Of a stretch of DNA of 64,000 bases, positions 25,839 through 37,562 are shown one piece after another. The stretch covers positions 71,610,001 through 71,674,000 of the forward strand of contig NC_043006.1 in the NCBI RefSeq assembly GCF_006345805.1, in the 5' to 3' direction. Under the pieces are notes generated by a model that saw only the letters and a program-made list of their open reading frames with translations, was not told the DNA's origin and did no database searches. The position numbers were made by a program, and so were the translations under genes. The stretch's first letter is position 1; each line of letters begins with the position of its first letter. Origin of the DNA: Octopus sinensis. Its lineage: Eukaryota.

Positions 25839-26149
25839 AATCTTATTTTAGCAACTATACTTTCTGAACTCTTTTCTCTTTTACTAATTCTCTTACCTAG
25901 ATGTCCTAGGCAACAACCTATTAACCACCTCTAAGGATCCTCTTGAACCTTAGAGAAAATCTGTTTCCTGTGTATTCTTATTGTATATTGTTTCTGTGCA
26001 TCTACCACACAAAAAAAATCTACTTTTGCTGTTAACCTTCTTGTGATTCCACTGCACCTCTTATATGTCCACAGTTTGCACTGGGTACATCATAGGGAAT
26101 TCTGCCATTTATGTCCATTTAGAAGTTTCTAACTTTATTTTGATTCCAG

Positions 26150-26289
26150 CTGCAGGTGAAAGTTGTCTAAATAGCAGAAGAAAGCTTGACTTCAAAAACA
26201 AACTTCCACTTGATGGTAAAAGGATTTATCTTGACTTAAGAGGATTAAAACAGAGGAATGTTGAAGAAAGTTTGAGCAAATTTGGAGCA
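26150..26289 (+). CDS. DBF4: DBF4 exon, start of motif N (BRCT-like)
   Basis: LPLDGKRIYLDLRGLKQRNVEESLSKFGA; ttccag acceptor, gtaagt donor. Confidence 0.9.
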
Positions 26290-26913
26290 GTAAGTATATC
26301 TAACTTGATATGTTGAATTTCACTCAATCTCCATCTTTATGTGAATTGAAATATACTCAGTGTGTGTGTGTGTATATACATGTTGGAATTCAGTATATGT
26401 GGGTTTCAATTATATTAGTGTATGTCTGTTAGAATTCATTCAGTCTTTTCTTGTATCTATATTGAAAGTTGCTTTATGTGTATATGTGGAATGTCTACAT
26501 GTGTTGTAGACTTACCAGTTCATTTGTCTACAGTACAAATTAAAAGGCCTTCATTATCATCCTATTTAAGTTCTCTCCCAAAACCATTCTTGGATGGCTC
26601 TCTTATAATCCCATGTCATCTTAAAGAAGAATACCTTGGGGTTTTTTTTTCAACATAGATTGGATACATTTTATCATTACACTGCTATTAGAGAGGTTGC
26701 CTGCAGCAGCCAGACTAAAATATTCCTCTCTACCTATTTGCCATTATGGTAAAAATATTTTTACCTCCAATTTGTGTGCTTATATATACAAGATTCTATA
26801 TGTGCTACATGTGTTGAATTGTTTTAAACAGTGTATACATGTAAGAATTAACAATAGTGATGGCATTTCCTCTTCAATTTTAAGGGATATGTCACAGTTA
26901 CTCTTAGCTATTC

Positions 26914-27182
26914 TTATATAAAGAACATATTCATTTCAGTTCTATATTTAAGAGGTGAGGAATTATGTACATTATTTACATTTGATGGATATTTGTCCTC
27001 ATCTTGTTTGTTGTTAACACAATGTTTCGCCTGATATACCCTCCAACCTTCATCGGGTGTTTTGGGGAAATTTCGAACCTGGGTTCTCATTCTTACGGTA
27101 TTTTTCAATGTTATTATCATTATTATTATTATTTAGAATCTTGGGGTTAGTAGCCTGTGCTCTTAACCACTGTGCCATATGC
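26914..27182 (-). mobile_element. tRNA-headed, hammerhead-containing SINE-like element (mutated copy)
   Basis: Reverse complement of the 27257-27507 element; hammerhead fold at 27016-27061 with core mutated to CCGATGA. Confidence 0.75.
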
Positions 27183-27256
27183 ATTTGAAAAACAAGCTAG
27201 TTTTTATAAAAAAAATTTTTTAATTAAAAATTTAAAAAAAATTTTTTTTTTTAAAT

Positions 27257-27334
27257 TGCCCACGGGCATATGGCGTAGTGGTTAAGAGTGCAGGCTACTA
27301 ACCCCAAGATTCCAAGTTTGATTCCAGGCAGTGA

Positions 27335-27366
<32 letters not shown>

Positions 27367-27507
27367 TCAAAAAATACCTTAGGAATGAGAACCCAGGTTC
27401 AAAATTTCCCAAGACACCTGATGAAGGCTGGAGGGTATATCAGCCGAAACATTGTGTTAACAACAAGCAAGATGAGGACAAATATCTATCAAATGTAAAT
27501 AATGTAA
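27257..27507 (+). mobile_element. tRNA-headed, hammerhead-containing SINE-like element
   Basis: A box TGGCGTAGTGG (27271), B-box-like GTTTGATTCC (27316), (AAT)n linker, then hammerhead fold. Confidence 0.75.
27413..27458 (+). ncRNA. Minimal type I hammerhead ribozyme motif (Penelope-type)
   Basis: gacac-CTGATGA-a-ggctg(gagggtatat)cagcc-GAAA-c-att-gtgtt. Confidence 0.65.
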
Positions 27508-28257
27508 ACATATTCATTTTTTTTTTCTTTTTTGGCAGTTTTTCCATGTTAGCTTGGGTTAAACAAATATATATTATTTGAGGCATTATTTTTGCAGCTG
27601 GATGCCCTTCTTGTCACTAGCCTTTAGCTGTTTTTTCAAGTAAGGGAGCCTTCAGTCCACCTGTGTTAAAAAGCACTATGTCCTGGACAATTTGGTGACA
27701 GGGAAATGTCAGCATCGCTCTGCGCTTAGCTTAGAAGAGTTTTTGGAGAAGTACAGAATGTAAACATTCACAAAGACATGTGTATGCATGCACACACAAA
27801 CACATTGAATTTAGTACTTCCAGTTTGATATTTTATCAGTCTCTAATCCGTTGGTCAATAATATAGAGGGACATGAAACCTTTTTTTAGACTTGTGTAAA
27901 TAGCACACACACATGACTTCGTCTTTTGTTTCCATCTTCTAAATTCCCTTAAAAAATACTATCCATTTGAGTTTATAGTGCAATATACTTAACGAGGATA
28001 CTCAAAACCATGTGGTTGTAATGGGAACTTGTTAATCATACAGCCTGCTCATTCCTATACACTTCTATATCCATATATGTGTGCCTGTGTAGTTACATTT
28101 AATTTTATAATGATTCTATACTTATAGCATTTATGTGTATAGATATCTTAGTGGGTTGGCTACCATACAGCCAGCTGATAAGTTAGTTCGTATTGTGTGT
28201 ATGATAGCAGTTCGTATGTCTGGAGATGTGTATATATTTTTTTACTTTTTCTTTCAG

Positions 28258-28431
28258 ATCATTGAGAAATTCCTCAGCAAAGAGATCCATTACTTTGTTA
28301 CTGATCAGTCAAAAGTAAAAGAGAAAAATGATGATCCAAATACCTCAGGAAGTCCAAGTGTCTATATGTCAAGCCCATTCAACAGTGGCCAAACTCCATC
28401 CCCTTCAACTTTTGACAAAAAGGCTCTCTCG
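28258..28431 (+). CDS. DBF4: DBF4 exon, motif N continued
   Basis: IIEKFLSKEIHYFVTDQSKVK...SP-rich; tttcag acceptor, gtatgt donor, phase 0/0. Confidence 0.92.
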
Positions 28432-30011
28432 GTATGTCTGTTTGTCTTGCATCCACATCTCTCTCATAGAGATGACTTTGTAATCTCTTGTCATCTGTTA
28501 TTATTCTATCTTTCTGTTATCATTTCCTGGCCTGTGCAAGCATTTAGGTGGTGGTGGTGGTGGTTATAATAATCCTTTCTACTATATGCACAAGACTTGA
28601 AATTTTGGGAGACGGGGCAAGCGAATTACATCAGTTCCAGTGCATAACTGGTACTTATCTTATCGACCCCAAAAGGATGAAAAGCAAAGTCGACTTTGCT
28701 GGAATTTGAACTCAGAACATAAGGATGGATGAAATTTTGCTAAACATTTCACCTGGTGCATTAACAATTCTGCCAGCTCACCACCTTAATAATAATAATA
28801 AAGGTTTCAAATTCTGACACAAGGCCAGCAATTTTGGAGGAGGGATATGTTGATTACATCACCACCAGTGCTCAACTGGTACTTATTTTATCAACCCCCG
28901 AAAGGATGACAGGCAAAGTCAAACTCAGCAGAATTTGAATTCAGAACATAAGGATGGACAAAATACTGCTAAAGCATTCCACTTGGCATCCTAACAGTTC
29001 TACCAGCTTCCACCTTAAAAATAATAACAGTAATAATTCTTTGAAATGCTGGCACAAGGCCAGCAACTTTATGGCAGTAGTTAAGTCGATTACATCAACT
29101 AGTACTTATTTTAACAAGGATCATAAGAAAAGTTAGCCTGAGGTGAGGTTGAACTAACCAACCCACCCATGCCAGCATAGAAAATGGATGTTAAATAATG
29201 ATGTTGATGATGATGAATGTAAAGAGCTGGAAGAAATGAAATGCTGCTAGGCATTTTACCCCATGTCCTAACACTTCTGACAGCTCACTACCTAAAAAGT
29301 TTCTAAGATGGGCACAAAACCAGAAATTTGGGAAATGACAGCCAATTTGAATTAACTCTTGTATTTAACTGATACTTTGATTGACCCTGGAAGGAGGAAA
29401 AGCAAATTTGGCTTTGGTGGGATTTAAATTCAGAATGCAAAGAGCTCAAACAAATACTGCCGGGCATTTTGTCTAATGGTTCTCCTGCAACCACTGACAA
29501 TGGTTACAATTTAAGATCTGTTTTCCATTCTGACTTGGGTTGGACAGTTTGAAAGAAAATGTCGAGACGGAGGGCTGCACTAGGCTCCAGTTGTCTGTTT
29601 TGACATGGTTTCTACAGTTGGATGCCCTTCCTAGTGACTGATAGTAGGCAGAGAGGAAAGTCCCTGCAAACAGGGGACCTGATCTGATTGCTTCAAGAGC
29701 CAGGTGATGGGTTAGGCCATGGGTGGATTGGAATTCAGGGTCATAACAAATACTTACAAGACATCCAACTGATGTTCTGACAATTTCAACAATCCATCAA
29801 CCTTGGCTATTATTTCCCTTTTTACCTTGGAAGGTATTGATCTTAGAATGCAAGCAGCTGGAATAAATACAGCAAGGCATTTTATCCCACATTCTGTCAA
29901 TTTGTCTGTAGAATAGCTGCCCCCTTCACTCTCATCTCATTAATGGTAATTGTGAAAATGTCTATTTCCTTAATTGTTCAACACAACTTATGTCATTCTT
30001 TGTTTTACCAG

Positions 30012-30059
30012 GTTACTCGTGGAAGAGCCATGCTACAATGTGTTAAAATAGATTCTGTT
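30012..30059 (+). CDS. DBF4: DBF4 exon
   Basis: VTRGRAMLQCVKIDSV (matches Dbf4 [ST]RGxxL segment); accag acceptor, gtaagt donor. Confidence 0.85.
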
Positions 30060-30446
30060 GTAAGTTCATCATTTTTCTATTGTCTTTCTCTTTTCCCATT
30101 CTGAAATAATGCAATTGGTGTCTTTATAGGTCATAGAAACACCACTGACCTCCTATTTGTAATGATCATAGAAACACCACTGACCTAACATGAAGCTGAA
30201 CTTATTAGAGATTAGAATATGTTGTGTAACTGCAATACATCATTATTTATAATGTTTCAGAGATGTAATATCATGTAAATTACTTCACATCAATTATAAG
30301 CTTCGTTAAAAACAGTGGTGAATGCAGTTACTTTAATGCTTAATGTACAAATGCAAAATTATGTTCAATTTTGGGTGTTTTGAAAGATGATGATAATAGG
30401 AAGAGAGGTTGCCTGAGATATGAAAATGACAGGGGTGCAGCAACAG

Positions 30447-30663
30447 AAACTCTTGATGGCAACCTGCCTGAGGCTAATTTCTGGTTCTATGACACAAACT
30501 TTCTGTTTTCAAGTAATCTAAATTAAAAACTTCCATCAAAATTTCCTATTTATATTCCAACACTGGCTTAATAACGACTTATTTTACTAAATCATTTACT
30601 TTCAAAATCACCTGAAACAAAGGCAGTGTATTTCAACAGAAATGTGATAGCAAAAGGTTTAAT
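30447..30663. mobile_element. Degenerate piggyBac-related MITE
   Basis: Right end cagaaatgtgatagcaaaaggtttaa and preceding ~90 bp resemble the reverse complement of the piggyBac end at 20738-20835. Confidence 0.5.
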
Positions 30664-31039
30664 GCCATTCATTCAATTATGAGTTGCTCCTGGAACCAGA
30701 CTGATAACAAATAAATTGCATACATGTAATGAATCCACTGAACTTCGTTATTCTCATGACTTTATTTGTGTATGTATTAAAAATGTTGAGGTATTCTGAT
30801 AAAGAAGTAAAAAAGATTGGTAGTTAGTGAATTAAAGTGGTCCCATTTAAATTAATGCCTGTTTAAATGTTGGTTTGATTTTTCTACAGCATCACCTTTA
30901 CATAACTTTAGAATGTTTCTAAACCATATTCTCTGTCGATTTTTTATTGCATATAAATTCTTCACCAATGCCCATGAATGTTCGGTAATGAGCAAAAGGA
31001 TATCATAAATACAAGCAATAGAGATGGGGTTCCTGCAAA

Positions 31040-31335
31040 GGTTCTCTGAAGTAATGTTTCAGGGTGCTTAGCCTGAAGATCAGGGGGCCTCTCCATCTTG
31101 AGTCACTACTTTCTCTTCATCGAAAGGTCCCAGCTTTGGTTCTACAGACATGTTATTCGAATGTTACAAGAAAGTATCACTAGAAGAATTTTTCAAACCT
31201 AGCTAACTGGCAGACGACCAAGAGGTAGACCAATATCCATAGTCTCACTTGATCCAGCTGGAAAGTGGATGGTTTCCATGATGGTTGCTTCTGATTGCAT
31301 CCTATGGCCGCAGTGAGTGAAGATGGATGGATGGA
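31040..31335 (+). mobile_element. RTE-type LINE 3' fragment
   Basis: Decayed peptide IERSQLWFYRHVIRMLQESITRRIFQT*LTGRRPRGRP followed by (GATG)n tail. Confidence 0.6.
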
Positions 31336-31488
31336 AAGAATTCTTTATGTCTACCCCATCAGTTAAACCTCAATCTTGCTGTCCTTCTAAAAGTAGACAT
31401 TAAAATGTGTGTGGTACTGGTGGTAAGAGTATAATTTCTCGTCAGTTTGATCTTGTTATTCTTATTGTATTTCCTTTTTCTTTTTTAG

Positions 31489-31546
31489 CCTGAGAATATT
31501 GTTGACAAAGCAAGAAAACTGGGAGTCAAGATTGTGCCCTATACAA
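31489..31546 (+). CDS. DBF4: DBF4 exon, end of motif N
   Basis: PENIVDKARKLGVKIVPYT (BRCT-like 'A..[WL]GVKI'); ttttag acceptor, gtaaag donor, phase 0/1. Confidence 0.85.
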
Positions 31547-32781
31547 GTAAAGAAAATATTTATCATCATCATTATTGTTTACATTATAGACATAGGCATG
31601 GCTGTGTGGTTAAGAAGTTTGCTTCCCAACCATATAGTTTTGGGTTCAGCTCCATTGCATGCTACGTTAGGCAAGTGTCTTTGTTATAGCACTAAACAAA
31701 CCACAACCTTGTGAGTGGATCCAGTAGGAGCGAGCAAGCGGGCAAGTGATCAAGGGACATAATACTCGGACTAAACTTCTCTCAAGTGACACTTCTGTCA
31801 CCCACACTGAGTCTCAGTACCCAGATTAGAACACCTCAATTTTTATTTTGTTCTTGCATGAAACAATTGTTGTTTTTGTGGAAGTGTGCTAGAGTATGAT
31901 GTTAAACTTCTTGAGGTATTTACCCAGGCCCTCTCAAATTTTTAGTTTACATCTTAACAGAACTCGGCTTTCTTTATATTCTTCTCAAGACGATAAAATC
32001 AATACCAGTCAAGTACTGGAATCAGTTTAATTGCCTGCACTTTGCCAGAATTTGTAATTATGTACTAGTGTTAGAAATTATTATTGTTTCTTTACTCTGC
32101 TGTAGTCTTCCCTCTCATATGTTACTTGTATTTTTATTGCATTTCCTCAACTGTAGCACTGTTACATGTTTCCGACAAGCCAATCTCTTATTCAGTGAAT
32201 TGTTGCCTATGTGCTGATGTTTATACCTCTTTGTTATTAATTGGAAAAAGACACCCACATATATATGTATAATATCTATCTATCTATATATATGAAAAAC
32301 GACATTTGAGCAAGGGTGTTGCCAGTGCAGGTGACACATAATAGCACCATTTTAGCGTGGCCATTGCCAGTACTGCTTGACTGGCCCATTTGCCGGTGGC
32401 ACATAAAAGCACCTACTACACTCTCGGAGTGGTTGGCATTAGGAAGGGCATCCAGCTGTAGAAACCTTGCCAGATCAGATTGGAGCCTGGTGCAGCCAAC
32501 TGGCTCACCAGTCCCCAGTCAAACCGTCAAACCCATTCCATCATGGAAAGCAGACGTTAAACGAACAAAGGGACTTAGAGTAGAAGACACTTGCCAAAGA
32601 TATCACGAAAAAGAACTGAACCTGAAGCCTCGATATGTACTTGTGTGTGTTTCTGTATGTTTATAGATGTAGATAGTAGTGTGTTTGCATGTGTGTGTAT
32701 GTGTATATAAACATGCATACATATGCACATATTTCTTTTTCTGTAGTACTTTAAAGTAATCTCTGTAAATTTTTTCCCTAG

Positions 32782-32867
32782 GTTTAATGAAATGGATCAG
32801 CAAAGAGAAGACTTTGTTGGAGAATGCCAAAGCAGCTTGTGTATCAAACTTAAGAGCCAAAACTGTG
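32782..32867 (+). CDS. DBF4: DBF4 exon
   Basis: (S)LMKWISKEKTLLENAKAACVSNLRAKTV; ccctag acceptor, gtaaat donor, phase 1/0. Confidence 0.8.
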
Positions 32868-33195
32868 GTAAATGTTAAACTCCTGTTCCTTGTGCTTTAT
32901 ACATGTGCGTGTGAGTGAGAGAGAGAGTTGGTGACTCCTTGCCTTGACATGATAATTGTATATGAGTGTTACCATCAGACTTGCAGTGGCCTTCGTTTGC
33001 AATCCTCTGTAAAACAACATCTGATCGAGAGATATTACCTTACGTGGAAACAGGTGAGGGTTGGTGACGAAGGATATCTGGCCATAGAGAAGGGGACATT
33101 AAAACGATAGTCAGGGAAAAAAGGGACAATGCTTATCATTTTTAAGCCTCCACCTTTCCTAGATTGTGAAAGGGTTATTCAGTTTGTATGTTATT

Positions 33196-33492
33196 GTTTT
33201 TTGTTCCTTCTAGAGCCATGCCTGGCTCATAAGGGCTTGTTTCATTGGCATATCGGATCCCCACCTGGATGGGATGCCAATCCGTCACAGGTGAGCTGCT
33301 TGATGCAGAAGGAAAGAGTGAGAGAAAGTTGTGGTAAAAGAGTCAGCAGAAGTTCGCCGTTACCTTCTGGCAGAGCTGCATGGGGCTTAGGTGTTTCACT
33401 CATAAACGCACATAGCCCAGTCTGAGATTTGAACCTGTGATCCCTCAACTGTGAGTCTGCTGCTCTAACCACCAGACTATGTGCCTCCACTA
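33196..33492 (-). mobile_element. tRNA-derived SINE (same family as ~6867-7172)
   Basis: Reverse complement matches ggaggcacatagtctggtggttagagc..gtttatgag.gaaacacctaagc..aggaaca tail. Confidence 0.75.
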
Positions 33493-34501
33493 TTCAGTTT
33501 GTCTACCTTTAAGTTATTGTCTGCAAGAACATTGACAAGAAGAAAATTCCAGTACATTTCAGTTCTGGGAAAGAAGGATATGTGAGGTAAGACTACAATA
33601 ATGGTGACAAGAGGAAGACATTTGTGTATGCATTTCTGTATTTGGTTACTAATGCAGTATATTGATGTTCTCAGCAGTCTCCAGTTTTACTGCAGCTAAT
33701 TTTCCTGAGTTATAAATGCATTCTACCTTTCTCATCTAGACAGCACATAAATTTGAATATAGATCAAACAGACAAAAAGTAATTGACTTTTTTCAAACTA
33801 GCAATGAGGGGTTTTCTTTCCTGTATTAAAACGCTTCAGCTATGAAATCTCTATTTGTTTTGTTGGGCAAGCTGGAACAGTCATACAGTAGTAGTATGAA
33901 TTGAACTTACATCCTTGTGGGCAGTAGTCAATATCTTAGATGGTGATTTTGCTTATAACTATCCTTAACACTATAATTATGTTACAATACACAAATCTCA
34001 AAGTTCCACAAATATTTTCCATCTCTACAATTTTTTACACCTTTTTTTTTCTTTTTGTGGGAATTAGAGATAAATTGATTCCCTTTTACTTGTTCCAGTC
34101 ATAGAACTATGGCCACGCTGGGACACCACTTGAAGGTTTTAGTTGAATAAATTGACACCAGAACTTATTTAAATTTGGTGTTTATTCTATCACTCTCTTT
34201 TGCTCAACTGCTAAGTTCTGGGGATGTAAACAAACCAACACTGGTTGTCAATCAGTGGGGAAATAGAAACACAAAGACACATGCTCCCTCACTCTCTCTC
34301 TCTCACACACACACACACACCACACATTAAGTTTGTCTCTTGATCAGGGCTGCAAATATAGCAGCACGAGAAAGTTCTGAACTGACAATTATGTGGTCAG
34401 TAGTCCAGCTCTTTAACATCCCTGCCTATATATCTGCCTCATATTGTATATCCATTTGTTCAGTTTTGTAATTGTGGATTTTTTTTTTTTTTTTTTTTCA
34501 G

Positions 34502-34532
34502 GATAATCAGAAAAGAAAGAAAACAGCAAAAT
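34502..34532 (+). CDS. DBF4: DBF4 31-nt micro-exon (DNQKRKKTAK, NLS-like)
   Basis: Poly-T cag acceptor, gtaagt donor; phase 0/1 is needed to join the flanking exons. Confidence 0.8.
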
Positions 34533-35067
34533 GTAAGTTGACATGTTGATTAATGTTAATGTCATTAACAAAAATATCTCTTATACCTATACATTCGGTG
34601 TCCAAGTCCTGCAACAACAGATGAATTTATTTAGTAACTGCTGTGTCGGTAAATGACTGTTCTTGTACTGAAGCTGATTCAGTTACTTCCAAAGGTTTTA
34701 GTGCCACCTGACTGGCTCCCATGCCAGTGGCACATAGAAAGCACCATTCGAGCATGGTCTTGCTAGTTCTGCCTGACTGGCCCTCATGCCAGTGGCATGT
34801 AAAAAGTGCCTACTACACTCTCAGAGTGGTTGGCATTAGGAAGGGCATCCAGCTGTAGAAACCTTGCCACATCAGATTGGAGCCTGGTGTAGCTTTCTGG
34901 CTCACCAGTCCTCAGTCAAACCGTCCAACCCATGCCAGCATGGAAAGCAGACGTTAAACAATGATAATGATGGTAATTGTTAGATCACTTTTCATTATGC
35001 ATGCTTTGGTTTCAGGCTGATCTGGGGTTAAATGCCAAATTAAACAGAATTCTCTCTTTCTTCACAG

Positions 35068-35350
35068 TGAAATACTTAAAGAAGCCCTACATAAAATTTG
35101 AAGCAATCAACAAACATTATCGTCCAGTTGTGATGGAGTTTACTAGCTGGCCCCACATTAACTTGTCTTCAGCACCAGGCAGCTGTCCCTTTGATGAGTG
35201 GCTAAGTTGTGTCAGTGCCACTAAGCCACAACCAGCGAATAAAGATGTTCCTGTAGCCTGGTCAGCAGAGTCTGGAGCACCACAGAATGCAGCCAATCTA
35301 ACTCGCAACAACAATAACAACAACAACACCACCACCACCACCAAAAAATG
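35068..35350 (+). CDS. DBF4: DBF4 exon with motif M
   Basis: LKKPYIKFEAINKHYRPVVMEFTSWPHINLSSAPGSCPFD; tcacag acceptor, gtaatt donor, phase 1/2. Confidence 0.93.
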
Positions 35351-35364
35351 GTAATTAATTGCTT

Positions 35365-35405
<41 letters not shown>

Positions 35406-35480
35406 GCTGTGCGTCTCTGTTGGATTTTTACTATGAATCCAGTTAAGGTGCAAGTTCATCAATATATATATATACACATA

Positions 35481-35687
35481 CAGTAATCCCTCGACTATCG
35501 TGGGTGTTTCACGATAGGTGAAAATCTGCAAAGTAGAAGCAGTACCATACTGTGTATTTTTTTAATTATTTTTGTAATTTGTATATATTTATTTTATTAT
35601 AAATGCTAAACAACACCACAGAGGAATTGGCATAGGCTTAGATAATAAACCGCAATAGGTGAACTGCAATATAGCAAGGGGTTACTG
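35481..35687. mobile_element. Tigger/pogo-like MITE
   Basis: TA-cagtaatccctcg ... caaggggttactg-TA; second, inverted copy at 51683-52169. Confidence 0.7.
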
Positions 35688-36213
35688 TACATGTATATTA
35701 ATGCATGTTGTGTATGTTGCTTTATTCGTATATCTATGTAGACATGATTGTGTTTGTGTGTCTTATACATTAGTGCAAGCACACTCTCTCTCGCTCTCAA
35801 AAAAAGAAGCTCTTTGTGTTTTCAAGCCCTGTTGCAATTGCTGTGAAGTATCCCTATGTAAAACCAAACTATGCTGATGCAAAGTGCTGTAGTATATTTC
35901 TTAACAAATTGATCGCATACATCAGTTTATATTCCTGGTATTGTAAATACTGTCTGTGGGAACAGTGAAGCTTTTGTTTACAGTTAGCTTGCACATTTGT
36001 CAAGATGACAGGAATGCAAACTCAATACTAGACATGCCTGTGCATGCACACACACAGCCATACCTTATTATGTTGTATGTTCATATCTGTCTACAATCAA
36101 CTTTGCCTTTCATCCATCCAGTCACTTACTGTAGTTGTTTCCTCCCTTTAGATGTATCTGTTAAGAATCACTTATTATTATTATTATAAATATTTTTCTT
36201 TCTTTCCTTGTAG

Positions 36214-36352
36214 CACACTCAGTCAACAGGTTGCATCACAGAAGATCCCTGGGCGGCGTCTAGTGAACTGGGAGAGAAGGAAGCTTGCAGAGAAGAAACT
36301 TCGGCAGGGTTTCTGTGAATGTTGTGATGTTCGTTTTGATGATGTTAAAAAG
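36214..36352 (+). CDS. DBF4: DBF4 exon, first half of motif C zinc finger
   Basis: KKLRQGFCECCDVRFDDVKK; ttgtag acceptor, gtactt donor, phase 2/0. Confidence 0.93.
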
Positions 36353-37141
36353 GTACTTTTTGTTCAATGCATGTACATAAGTATTTGTTGTAGTGGAAAT
36401 GGTACTCCCCTTTCCATGTGCCAAAGTGGTATGAATGAATCAGCCACTATGAAGTCGGACAGTCAGTCATTGTAGGAAGTCAGTAGAAGTAGACTCCAAA
36501 TGAGTTCTCAGTTGAAGTCAGCTCCATTATGTGAAATATACAAGTTCGAGTTACTGTCAAGGTAGATGTTTCGAAGTTATTGTCTTGCAGAGCTATCAGC
36601 AATAACATGATAGACAAGTCAAAGATAACAAGATGCAGAATACCGCTACAACATAATAGTGGCAACAAGAATATTACAGTGCCAACAATAACATACAAGT
36701 GGATGAGGATCCACGTTATAACAGTATTGCATTGCATTGCTCATCTTTTCTTTGTGTATTTGAGTGTAGTATTAATTCATTGTCTTGCATTCTTGTTTCA
36801 GAAGTCAAGGTTCAAACCTCTCCACTAATAGTAAAATCAGTGGAGAGGTTTGGAATAAAGCACTTTATTAGCTTCAGTATTTTGCTGGCTTTCTTTCACC
36901 TCGTGTTGGAGTGGTTACTGTTGTTCATGTCACTGGTTAGTCCTGAATCATCAGACTTATGTTCAAAGTTGTTCCTTCTGTGAACATAATTTCTTTCATT
37001 CAGTCATAATGTTTTCAAAGATGATAGTGTGATTGTGAAGGAAATTTGGCCAATAGTTCTAGCAGGTCGATTGACTATGTTGGAGTTCTCTCATTAGCTT
37101 GTATATTTTGTAATTGCAGGTGAGATTGAAACTAGTGTCTT

Positions 37142-37562
37142 AAGGTGGCGAGCTGGCAGAAACGTTAGCACGCCGGGCGAAATGCGTAGCCGTATTTCGT
37201 CTGCCGTTACGTTCTGAGTTCAAATTCTGCCGAGGTCGACTTTGCCTTTCATCCTTTCGGGGTCGATTAAATAAGTACCAGTTACGCACTAGGGTCGATA
37301 TAATCGACTTAATCCGTTTGCCTGTCCTTGTTCGTCCCCTCTGTGTTTAGCCCCTTGTGGGTAGTAAAGAAATAGGTATTTCGTCTGCCGCTACATTCTG
37401 AGTTCAAATGCCACCAAGGTCAACTTTACCTTTCATCCTTTCGGGGTCGATTAAATAAGTACCAGTTACACACTGGGGTCGATCTAATAGACTTAATCAG
37501 TTTGTCTGTCCTTGTTTGTCCCCTCTGTGTGTAGCCCCTTGTGGGCAGTATAGAAATAAGAA
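37142..37562 (+). mobile_element. Young SINE, head plus two tandem bodies
   Basis: CpG-rich copy of the 1405-2092 family. Confidence 0.8.

Noticed and set aside
27264-27336. tRNA gene
   Set aside because: Acceptor and T stems do not pair properly; it is the SINE head, repeated elsewhere
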